Assembly (NCBI GenBank): GCA_054661495.1
Contig: BAAFSQ010000212.1
Span: forward strand, 1 to 17,355
Origin: Zygophlyctis sp. KS116
Taxonomy: Eukaryota; Fungi; Chytridiomycota
Reading direction: 5' to 3'
Length of the DNA: 17,355 bases
Every line of letters starts with the position of its first letter. The stretch's first letter is position 1. The translations under genes and the position numbers were made by a program. Positions 1 to 10,301 of the stretch are shown here, piece after piece. Under the pieces are notes generated by a model. It saw only the letters and a list, made by a program, of their open reading frames with translations, was not told where the DNA came from and did not search any database.

Positions 1-65
1 AGTTTGAAAGCTTAAATGTAAGACGGACTTATCCACTAATGAATCGGATCGGCGTGTCTATTACT

Positions 66-159
66 AGCGCATTTATAATTGATGCATTTATACTAGATGC
101 ATTTATACTAGATGCATTTATGCTAGATGCATGACTAGATGCAAGACAAGATGCATTCA
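66..159. repeat. Short tandem repeat: about four 15-nt units (GATGCATTTATACTA) decaying into 12-nt units (GATGCATGACTA, GATGCAAGACAA)
   Basis: Units at 81-95, 96-110 and 111-125 (one mismatch), a degenerate unit at 66-80, then 126-137, 138-149 and a partial unit from 150. Confidence 0.85.
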
Positions 160-552
160 TTCTAGGAGAATTCACTTGTAAGTTTTTAAATCTATAGTTG
201 TATTAAAAATAAAATGTATAAAAAATCCAGAAATTTCAACTGATTTGACCATAGTCTTTTTCAAATAGAAGCATTTTTTAAGCCCAAAAGTCCAATCAGT
301 TAAATCAAAGTACCACTGGGCAATAAAGCAAAAATGTCTTTACAAAACCAAAACCAATAGAGACAGCAAGATATTAAATCAGATGACTGATTATCGCTTC
401 ATTGTTTAATAAATTGAGAGTCTGAAACTTGACATTGAAATCTGTTTGGTAAAAGAATTATTTTCTTTTCAAATTCTAAAAGTATATATTGAAGGGAATT
501 GCATCGAATATAATTTATCATAATGTCAACTAATGGATTTTTTATGCATTTG

Positions 553-2354
553 CTATAAATGGGACCGTGCAAGCGCTTCTTGTTTATTGTGAGAGAATAG
601 CGATGAATAAAATGAATGAACTTTACGATTCAAGATCAAAGAGGATGAACTAAAATTCAATAGCCTTAGTCCGGATAAGTTTTTTACACGACTGACAGCT
701 ACATAAGCATGACCGGGAGCAAAAGCTTGAGGAATATCAATATCAACTCGATCAAGTGTCATTCCCTGTGATTTGTGAATTGTGAGAGCCCATCCCAATT
801 TAAGAGGAATTTGTCTACGTACTAAATAAGTGTCTTCAGTCTTGAATGGCGATGTGAATTCTACGTATCCGATTACATACTGCGAACCATTTCCAAATTG
901 TACTAATGGTAAATTAATTATTCGTCCGGATAGTGGATCATAAGCATCTATAAAGTCGACAATAAAGCCCTTGGAGCCATTGACCAGTCCATCTTCTAGT
1001 GATAAATTTCTAATTAATATAACTTGAGCGAAACGTTTTAGTGATAGGACTCTGCAGGATTGAAATGACTCGAAATGAGAATCAACAGTATTAGCATGGT
1101 GTGACTGTAATAAAATTTCACTTTTTGCAAGGCCATTATCAGTCCTTAAAAAGTCAACAGATTCAAAATTCTTCATAGGTCCAGATACTAACGATTTTAA
1201 CTCGCTAGAATTTCGTCTGTCGGCATCTACTCTAAAGGCAGAAATCTGTGTTGGCTAAAGATTAAACTAATTCGATTAAATACCATAATTCCATCAGATG
1301 GCCATTGTTTTGATTTACACCCTTTCAATATTTCCCATGTCTGCGCCGTACAATCGCCCATTCTCATTTGTTCTAAAATATCTAAAAAAACTGGATCAGT
1401 CTGGCGAAAGACATTAGTAAGTTCAATAGTTAGCATATTAGCATGTATGAGTTCTGCCCAAGCACGAGAGTCAAATAGATAAGGTATATTTCCCTCCTCT
1501 CTAAAAATAGACGAATTAACAACCGTATGACTTCCTATATCCTTTGAATGATAAGAATTGCGCGAATTTTTGGCGACTACTGGTGGAAGCTGAAAGAAAT
1601 CCCCAGATACAATCACCTGTAGACCACCAAAGGGCAGATGGCGGGTCTCTTTGCCTCTTAATTCTTTCATTAAAATATTCAACGTATCAAATAAAAGTGG
1701 ATGCAGCATTGATGCCTCATCAATCACCAAAACGTCTGTTTTTGTATATGCCTTCTTTTTCCATGGTGTTTTTCTAATATTCTCCATCAGAGCCTTGAAT
1801 TTTTGATCATCCAACCTATCGAAAAAGACGGGAAATCCTAAAAATGAATGAAAGGTTTGTCCATTTATGAGAGAAGCAGCAATACCAGTAGGCGCCTTAA
1901 ATTTAGATTATACAATTAGTACAACAACAGCTAGTTTCTTTTTTGGATGCACTTTGGAAAATTCATTTACAAATTTCTTGATAACCAAACTCTTTCCGGT
2001 GCCGGCTTTACCTTTTTTTAAACATTATTTGATAATACCTGTGAAATATATATTATGTCCTTGAAGCATTTTTTGGACCAGATCCTTTTGTTCTTGAGAA
2101 AGAAGCGCATTGATACGACTTTCGTCTTCTTCGGACATGACGGCTATTTCTTTCCTTGAAGATGATAAATAAGGCATTATCGGCTTGAGCTTAGTATCTA
2201 CATTTATATTTTGTCTTTTCTGCTTGCCAGCTGTATTTCTACCGTCGAAGTTTGATAAATCCACAGCGACAGGCAAAGCTTCAGAGAATCTTCTTCTCAA
2301 TAATTGAAAATGTAACTTGCCAAGGCATCGCATAGGTATCCTTTGAAGAGACAT
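553..2354 (-). CDS. PIF1: Pif1-family 5'-3' DNA helicase (SF1B), 572 aa, with probable mitochondrial presequence; exons 2354-2039, 2011-1923, 1895-1284, 1254-553
   Basis: Removing GT-AG introns 2012-2038 (27 nt), 1896-1922 (27 nt) and 1255-1283 (29 nt) restores FTG|KAGTGKS (Walker A), VV|APTGIAA (Ia) and DGIM|PTQ. The protein also has VIDEASML (II), GDFFQLPPV (III), VFRQTD (IV), GLVNGSKG, QIPLKLGWALTIHKSQGMTLD (V) and GHAYVAVSRV (VI). Total 1719 nt in frame. Confidence 0.95.
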
Positions 2355-2418
2355 ACTTAAGAATTAATCAAAATGGACTTCCGCTGTAGGAAAATAAATA
2401 GTAATTTATCAGACTTTA

Positions 2419-4084
2419 TTATGCCCAAGTATAAACAATCGCAGACTTTGAAATGGGCTTATTATTTAATAGCAGATATTGAGGATTCTCATTCCTGATA
2501 ACTTGATATTTTATATTCAGCTGTTAAATTAGAAAAGTAGAGTAGATACCTCATCAATCTTTATGGTTTTTACTACAGCATCAGCGACAAATACTACATC
2601 ATTTGGCTTTATCAAATCCATTTTTATATTATATAGCATGAGCACAATAATATTTCCTGAACCATCATCAGCAATACATGATCTAAATTTAAGAGTAAGA
2701 TATATACGATGCAAAATGATGGAAAGTCCTCTGCATAATCCTTAGAGAAACGCCCTTCTTGAGAGAAGCATCCCCTAATTCTTTGAGAGACACGGTATTA
2801 TATCCTTTAAACTGTAAGGGTACTTTTTCATATTCTCGCCTCACCAACATTGACTTCTAAAACATTAAAGTCTAGCGTCTTACCAATTGCTCTAAAGATT
2901 CATTTGTAGATTTTGCATATTTCAAGATTTCATCGATATCCTTTTCGCATAATTCTTTATATTTAAGAGAATCGTACTCTATAGCCCTTTTAAAATCTGA
3001 AATAGCATCATCATAGTTTTCCATGTAATAATAAATAACTCCTCTATTCCTATATATATCTGGATCATGAGAATAAGAGCTCGCTTTATTATAAGCAGCT
3101 AAACTTCTTGACAGATCCTTTACATCGTGCGAGAAATCAAAATACAACTTCAAAAATGTTGTTCCCAGACCTTGCCAAGAATCCGAATCATTCACGTCCA
3201 ATTCGATAGCCTCTTTGCATAATTTAATACTCTCTTCTAGATATGACTTGGTTTCTGGATTGAGACTTGCACTTGATCTGAGAGACATGGCCATATTCAA
3301 CAGAGCATCCTTGTTTCTCTCCTAAACATTAGCACTGGTCGGCGGTTTGGTTTAAACGAGCAAATTCTGAGCAAAGCAATAAATTTTTTCCTTATTTAAT
3401 TTCTTTAATTCCTTTTAGTCCTTTAATTCCTTTAATTCCTTTAAATTTAAGCCTAAAAATTTTAGACTAAACTTTTAGGACTAAAAATCATATTGCTTTG
3501 CCCATAATCTTGCTAATCATTAAACACGTAAATTTCCAAAGCAATACCTTTAAAAGTCCTGTATGAAAACAAAAATTAGCCCCTTTAAAATCTCCCTTCT
3601 TCCAAAAACATTCTCCTAGAGCCACCCAGCCCTTACTTAATCCAGGATACAATTTGAGAGCTTTTGTAAGATCATCTTCTGCCTTTTGAGAATATTCAAA
3701 ATCTGAAAAATCATACAATTTCCCTCTTAAATAATGATACATTCCCTTTTGTTTAGCAGATAAAGTAGGATCAAATTTCCCATCAACCAATGGATTCGAC
3801 TCTTGCAAGTTTAAATTTTTACGTGATTTTCGTACAAACGTCAGTAGATTAAACCTTTGCAAAGTTTTCTCTTGCATTGTCTTTAGAATCGTATTTCTAA
3901 CAGTTGTATCCAATGGAAACTGAGAATCTTTTCTAAACCATGTATTTTTAATTCTATACAAATTCTCTACGAGTCCTTCTAATTCCTTGTAATGATTATT
4001 AAAGTCTAGGGTAGGAGTAGTGAATGTAGGGACTATAGATGGAATTTCATATCCTAACAAGGGAATATCAGACTGCTGGAGCAT
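2419..4084 (-). CDS. TTC5: Tetratricopeptide repeat protein 5 (TTC5/STRAP)-like: TPRs plus C-terminal OB-like domain, 452 aa; exons 4084-3548, 3321-2884, 2856-2708, 2682-2550, 2520-2419
   Basis: Motifs YLRGKLYD..YSQKAEDDLTKALKLYP..WVALGECFWKKGD..A..CF, NKDALLNMAMSLR, KEAIELDVNDSDSWQGLG, DPDIYRNRG..Y.ENY and C-terminal IRNENPQYLLLNNKPI resemble TTC5. GT-AG introns of 226, 27, 25 and 29 nt join all pieces in frame (1359 nt). Confidence 0.88.
3322..3547 (-). other. 226-nt structured GT-AG intron 1 of TTC5 with nested inverted repeats
   Basis: Donor AAG|GTATTG, branch/acceptor GCTAATGTTTAG|GAG, phase 0. Inverted repeats 3359-3381/3491-3514 and 3413-3422/3477-3486. Confidence 0.88.
3394..3447. 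repeat. 9-nt tandem repeat (CTTTAATTC) x about 6 inside TTC5 intron 1
   Basis: Exact units at 3403, 3421 and 3430; variants at 3394, 3412 and 3439. Confidence 0.85.
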
Positions 4085-4235
4085 AAAGAAAATGAAAATG
4101 AATTGTTGCCGTCGGAATTTTCGCGTCCATCAGATTTAGCTCTAGATTTAGCGTTAGGCCCAGCTGGAAATAAAACTTTTCTCAACTAATTTTGGTCAAG
4201 AAAAATTTTCTGGACAATTTCTATTTTATTCAAGA
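4085..4235. promoter_or_regulatory. 151-nt divergent (bidirectional) promoter region between TTC5 and the coiled-coil gene
   Basis: Head-to-head ATGs at 4084 (-) and 4236 (+). Contains TTTTCGCGT (4118-4126; ACGCGAAAA on -) and a direct repeat AGATTTAGC (4132-4140, 4144-4152). Confidence 0.6.
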
Positions 4236-7200
4236 ATGAAAAACGAGGAATTTTATTCTGCAGATGAATATTCAGACTCTGAAGGGGAATACACGGTTTT
4301 TTAAATTTACTAAAATTAGATTAAAGAAGCTCTCAAACAAGTTAAAAATTCTAAAAGTTTACTAGAAATTCAGGAATTAAAGTTTCAACAATTGGAAAAA
4401 CAATTGGAAATTTTTGAAAAATTGAATTTTAATTTACAGGAAGAATTGGGAAGGATTTTAGAGGAAACGAATTTCCTGCTCAAGGAAAACTCTTTTAAAG
4501 ATTTGGAAAATTTAAATTTAAAAGAAGAAATTTTGGAATTAACGTCTTGTAAACTCACACAAACAATCTTGTCAAAGTCACATCGAGAAATAACGGAAAA
4601 TAATTTAGAAAAAGTGAAATATCAGGCAAAAATTATACGAAATTTACAAGAGGATTTTTTAGATTCTTCAAAAACTCAAATAGCACTCTCTCAAGAATTT
4701 AATGAATTCAGGAAAATTTCAAATTTGAATTTCAAGGAATTATCACTGCAATTTGAGAAATTCAAGGGAAAAACAATGGAAGAATTGATGTTGAAAAATA
4801 CAAGACTGCATGAGGCCCATGGAAATTTAAATTCGAGTTTAGAAAAGGTCAATTTTCTAAATAAACAAGTTCAAGAAAAAGAATCAGTTCATAAATCTCT
4901 AAAAAAGGAACTTAAAGAAGTTAAAAAGGTTAACATCGAGCTACAAGAGGGGATTTTATCAAAAAATTCAGAGACAAAAGAGATCTTGGATACTTTGGAA
5001 TCACTAGAAAGGCTAGTAAATGAAAAAAATGTAGAAAATACCCAAAACCGAAAGAGGTTAGATTTACTGCACGTTGAAAAAGGAGATTTAGAAATGGATA
5101 ATTTGGATTTGAGACAAAGAATTCAAATAATGTCTCAAGAATTTATGGAAAAGGAAGATTTTTATCGTAAAGAAATCCAAGATTTAACAAGAAACACAGA
5201 AAACTTGTCTAAAAAATCAATCGAAAAATTAAATATATTTTCTAAAGAATTAAAGGAAAAGGATGCAATTCTTAAAGAAAAGGCTAGCAAAATGGAAAAG
5301 CATGTTGGTATTCAAGAAGATTTCATTCAGAAATATAAAGAACGCAACTCCCTATTGGAAGACACTATTAAAGTAAACAAGGAACAAGAAATTAAAATTT
5401 CAAAACTTACAGCAATTTTGAAGGAAAAAGATGTGAATTTAAAAAAATTGCAGAATTCATTGGAACTATCTGCAAGTGAATTAAAAAAGATTTTCGAAAA
5501 AAATAATGAATTGGCCACTAGAACCAAAGATTACGAAAAGATAATTCAAGTGTTGGAAAATGATTTAGGAGATAGCCAAGTCTCTAATAAGAAACTTATC
5601 CAGGTTAATCAAGACTCACAAAAGGGAATACAAGCCTATAATTTAGAAATTCAAACTGGCCTGGCCTTGCTGAAGCAAACTTCAGAAAAGCTTCGGGATT
5701 CTCAACATGTAAATGAAGCATTACAGGTTGAGTACTCCAAGACTGTAAAGAAATTAGAAAAGCAGTCTGTTTTGGTAATCGATTTAGAAAATGAAATTGG
5801 AGATTTGAATATTATTGTTCAAAAATTGGAAGAAAAGGTCTCTGAAAAAGAATCCAGTTCGAATATTTTACAGAAGAAATTAAAGAGCTCTATTGAAAAA
5901 TTCAAAACTCAAGAGTTAAGTATGGACGACTTGCAAAAGAAGTTCAAGATCTCCATTGAAAAAGTCCAAACGCAAGAATTAAATATAGAAGATTTGCAAA
6001 AGAAATTAAAGAGCTCTATTGAAAAAGCCAAAAAGTTCGAATTACATGTGGAAGATTTGCAAATGAAATTAAATAGCTCTGTAGAAAAGGTCAAAATGTA
6101 TGAATCAAATGTGGAAGATTTACATACGAATTTAAATAGCTCCATTGACCAAGTCAAAAAGTATGAATTAAATTTGGAAGATTTGCGAAACCAATTATTA
6201 GGAATAACAAATGAAAATGAAGAAAATTTAAAACAAAAACAATTTCTTAAGAAAGAACTGGCTGATATGAATGAAAAATTAGACATTTATAAAAGAGCAG
6301 AAACAATAGGTCTTCGAGCAAATGAACACCTGGAAAAGTCTACAAGTTCTTTTTTACAGCATAATCATGAACTAACATTGGCCAATAAAAGTTTGGAAAT
6401 AGAGATATCTAACCTAAAATCTAATTTATCATCTACCCTTGAAGAAATGGAAAGTCTAATAGTGCGAGAAGATGAATTGAAAAAGACTGTTAGAAAACTT
6501 AAATCTGAAAATCAAAATCTAGATAGCAAAACTAAATCTTCAGATGCTGACCTAGAAATTTTCAAAACTGATTACGAATCTTTACGCCAAGAAATAGATT
6601 TGCTAAAGACAGATGCAGGTCTAAAAGAATCCCAACTTAAGTCAAGAATTGAAGAATATCAACTTCTTGGACAGGAAAATCTTCGTTTAAAGTCTGAACT
6701 TGCCACTGTAATACCCAGATATTCCAGTCTTAAAGAAAAATTGGACTACCTTTTAACCTATAATTCCAATGTTGAAGATGAATTAGAACGAGCCATAACA
6801 GAATTAAATTTACTCAAGCCTGAAATCATTACTAATGTAGATTATGTAAATAGACAAGACACAGCTGATGCAAATTTAGAAGATGCAAAAAAAGATGATA
6901 TATTTAAAGACACAAAAGTCACTATAGAAGATCAGATAATTAAGAGGAAAAAATCAAACACAATATTACAAAAGCTCTCAAACCTTAAAAAGTCATTTAC
7001 ATCAGCTGCTACACTTCATGACTCATCTTTAGACTCAGAACTGGCTAATGAATTCAAAAGATTATCCTCTGTTGTTGATTTAAATGACAAAACACCAAAG
7101 GATGTTATAGATGCTGTTTTGAAAAAAATGGAAAAATGGAATTCAACGGTTTCGGTATTAAACTCTGAACTACAAGAAAGGGATGATTTTGTCAGAGTGC

Positions 7201-7241
7201 AATCAAAAAAGTTGGAACTATTGGAAAGGCTAGCAATTTAA
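4236..7241 (+). CDS. Long coiled-coil protein of unknown family, 993 aa; exons 4236-4295, 4320-7241
   Basis: 2.9-kb ORF rich in E/K/L/Q/N with heptad periodicity. The ORF track starts at a TTG; an upstream ATG (4236) joins in frame across a 24-nt GT-AG intron (4296-4319, ...ACTAAAATTAG) that carries an in-frame TAA. Confidence 0.85.
5868..6182 (+). repeat. Coding tandem repeat, 5 x 63 nt (21 aa = 3 heptads)
   Basis: LQKKLKSSIEKFKTQELSMDD / LQKKFKISIEKVQTQELNIED / LQKKLKSSIEKAKKFELHVED / LQMKLNSSVEKVKMYESNVED / LHTNLNSSIDQVKKYELNLED, starting at 5868, 5931, 5994, 6057 and 6120. Confidence 0.9.
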
Positions 7242-7262
7242 TTTTTAAGGAAAATTAACATT

Positions 7263-10221
7263 ATGCTTATATTATTGTTTTATTGTTTTCTGTTTCATAG
7301 TTTGCATTGTGTTAATATTGAATCTTTGATTGAGCAAATGACTGCTGAAGAGTTGGCAATGCAACTGGACATGTTTCAGGGAGACTTGTTTATTTCTAAT
7401 GGTCGACTAGATCCAAATCTAGTAGAAGCGAATATTAAAAGAGGAATGATGGGAGTTATTCATGACTTCAAAGCACCGATTCATATTCTTAATCAAATGC
7501 AATCTATTGCTCTTTCGAGACATTCTGGAATTCCACTTTTAGTAATTGAGGAATGTTTGCATGGACTTCTGATTGAAAATCGGACAGTGTTTCCTCAAGC
7601 GATAGCATTGGCAGCTACTTTTAATGTTGATATGGTTGAAAGAGTAGGGAAAGCTATTGGAAGGCAAGACTGAATTTATGATTTGTAGGGAAGCTCGCGC
7701 ATCAGGAATTCACTTTTGTCTATCGCCAGTCTTAGATTTGGCAAGAGATCCAAGGTAATGTACATGCTAGATTAATTGCATTCATTATAAATCATTGATA
7801 ATTTAGGTGGGGGAGAGTAGAAGAAACTTTTGGTGAATGTCCGTACTTAACTTCACAAATGGGGATTGCAATGGTAAATGGATTACAAAATCAAAGGAAT
7901 TTTAGCCATGGAGGAGTGGTTGCTGAAATTAAGCATTTTACTCAACATGGATCTCCAGCCGGAGGTAAATATACGGTTGATTTATATCAGGTAGGAATGC
8001 TGCATCAAACAAGGAAGGAGAAAGAGAACTCAAATCTGTGTATTTGGTTCCATTTCGAGAAGCTATTACTACAGCTGGGGCGTTAGGTGTGATGGCCGCT
8101 TATAGTGAAATAGACGGTATTCCTAATGCTGCAAACCAGTATTTACTTACAGATGTACTTCGTAAAGAGTGGGGATTCGAGGGAATAGTTGTATCGGATT
8201 TGGGAGCTATCACAATGCTTTATGATTCACACTTTGTTGCAAAATCTTCTGCGGATGCTTTGAAGCAATTTCACTCTGCAGGAGGAAATGTTCAGTTTTA
8301 TGATGTGGAACACCAGCAATATGTCTCAGATATACTCAGCAATATAGAAAATGATTCCAGTTATCTAGATGTATTAAAGGATCGTGTCCGAGAAGTTTTA
8401 CTTTTAAAAGAAAAGCTGGGATTGTTTGAAAATCCGTACGTAGATGTTGAGTATAGCGAGAATCAAGTTAATCAGCCCGAAACTCAAGCTTTGGCTTTGG
8501 AATCTTCAAAAGAAAGCATAATTTTGTTGAAGAATGATAACCATTTACTACCATTGGATTATAGAAAGCTGCAAAAGATTGCAGTTATTGGTCCTAATGC
8601 GGCAACTCTAAGAACTGGAGATTACACCCCTGACTATTATAACAATTATCGAACGTCGATATTGTCTGGGATACGGCAGTTTGTAAAACGCAATGCTACA
8701 ATTGTACATTCATGGGGGTGTGACATTTCAAATGATCTTGAAATGGTTGGAATATCACAGGATTTCTTGTATACTTCAAAAGGTGAAAGAGGACTCAGAG
8801 GTCGATACTTTAATAAAGAGGAAGATGCTGATCCAGTTTTCTCAAGAATTGATTCTGAAATTGGGACTTCCTGGTTTTTGTGGGCTCCTAGATCTAGAAA
8901 CTTGGAAATTAAAGATGCTGAAGATTTTTACGTTGAATGGGATGGGTATCTCATCCCTGATGTTACAGTACGAGGATACATTGGGCTTCAAGTCGATGGG
9001 GATAAAAGCTCTGCCAAGTTATTCATAAATGACATTGAAGTTTCTTTAAATTCGGATCAAATAATTTTAGAGCCCAAAATTAAAAACTTAAAGGATGATG
9101 GGGATTTTTTTAAGCATTGGATCATAGACAGAAAAATATTTGGCGAAGACGGAATCTTCTCGAGTTCAGTAAGAGAAGGTCCATCTTTTGTACTACCATT
9201 TTCTTTTGTAAAAGGTAAAGCATTAAAAATACACTTAAAATACAAAAAAAATGGAACAAAAGGAGGAATCCGTTTGGTGTGGAATCTTGTGGGTCCCCAT
9301 GGCATAAAAGATGCAACAAAAGCTGCTGCCCATGCCGACGTTGCAATTGTTGTTTTAGGTGATAATGACGAAATCATGGGAGAAAATCGGTAATATTTAT
9401 TATTTTAATAAGAGTTAGAGATCGACAAACATTAAAATTATACGGAAAGCAAGGTAAAAGTGTTGTGTGGCTAATAAATTAGAGGAACTATTGGAAAGCG
9501 TGTACAAGACTGGTACCCCTACAATCTTGGTGCTATCAAATGGTCGCCCGCCTCAAATTGTTTGGGCTTCCGAAAATATACCAGCCATAATCGAAGCTTT
9601 TTACGGTGGCCAATATTCCGGACATGCTGTTGCTCAAGTTATATTTGGCGAATATAATCCAGCCGGTAGACTACCTGTGTCATTCCCACGATCAGTTGGG
9701 GCATTGCCAGTCTATTACAATGTGAGGAAGTATTGATTTATTAATAGGGACCACCCACTTTTTATTCGAGAAATTATGTTGATGGAATCTTTGAGCCAGT
9801 TTTCCCGTTTGGATATGGGTTATCATATACTGAATTCACATATGAGAATTTCGATTGCTTTCCTAAAATCATCAGTACATATGATCCTGATGCATCTTTA
9901 ATATTTTCAGTTGATGTTAGTAACATTGGATCACGTGACGGAGATGAAGTCGTTCAATTATACCGACTTGGCCATATTTCAAGGTATCTAATTAAATTTA
10001 ATCAGAGTACGACTGTCCCTAGAAAGCAACTTTTTGGATTTTCAAGAATACATATACGAGCTGGAGAATCTGTAACAGTTAGTTTCGTTCTACCCGTTTA
10101 TAAATGGCTAGGAATATTTAATCGATCAATGGATTGGATTGTTGAACCTGGAGAAAGAATATTTGTAGTTGGACCGAATTCCCGAGATGAATGGAGCAAC
10201 ATTACAGTCTTTTTCCAATGA
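7263..10221 (+). CDS. Secreted glycoside hydrolase family 3 (beta-glucosidase/xylosidase, BglX-like) with PA14 insertion and C-terminal Fn3-like domain, 915 aa; exons 7263-7663, 7689-7754, 7807-7964, 7991-9389, 9419-9453, 9483-9721, 9748-9983, 10008-10221
   Basis: Hydrophobic signal peptide. Motifs EECLHG, TVFPQAIALAATFN, SPVLDLARDPR|WGRVEETFGE, EIKHF, LRKEWGFEGIVVSD (nucleophile Asp), SIILLKND, IAVIGPNA, PA14-like GLRGRYF...FYVEWDGYL, GENR|DR, NPAGRLPVSF, FPFGYGLSYT, GDEVVQLY. Seven introns (25 GC-AG, 52, 26, 29, 29, 26, 24 nt) give 2748 nt in frame. Confidence 0.95.
7664..7688 (+). other. 25-nt GC-AG intron in the GH3 gene
   Basis: AG|GCAAGA...TTTGTAG|G restores AIGR|EARASG; no GT donor fits. 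Confidence 0.85.
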
Positions 10222-10301
10222 TAGCTTAATATACTTAGCAATTCTAATTATAGATTTTTATGTCTAATAATAGATGAATGGTGGCGTTTGAGTTGTTTTA
10301 A

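Noticed and set aside
66-159. CRISPR-like or telomeric array
   Set aside because: Units are contiguous without spacers, degenerate and few; the context is eukaryotic and there are no cas genes.
178-197. GTAAGT...TAG 20-nt candidate intron on +
   Set aside because: No flanking reading frame supports it and it is shorter than all supported introns.
553-2354. Pif1 as part of a Helitron or other mobile element
   Set aside because: There is no HUH Rep domain or element termini, it has a mitochondrial-type presequence, and it sits among housekeeping genes.
3359-3514. Definite MITE call
   Set aside because: The inverted repeats are imperfect, there is no target-site duplication (flanks ACG / AAT) and there is no second copy in the window. 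Kept only as an alternative hypothesis.
3322-3547. TPP riboswitch or intronic C/D snoRNA in TTC5 intron 1
   Set aside because: On the transcribed strand there is no CUGAGA/CCUGA aptamer core and no CUGA box D. An H/ACA RNA cannot be excluded without an Infernal/Rfam search.
7755-7806. 52-nt intron as two stacked 26-nt introns (recursive or stwintron)
   Set aside because: The only internal AG is at position 15-16, so no internal intron of 24-29 nt can be drawn.
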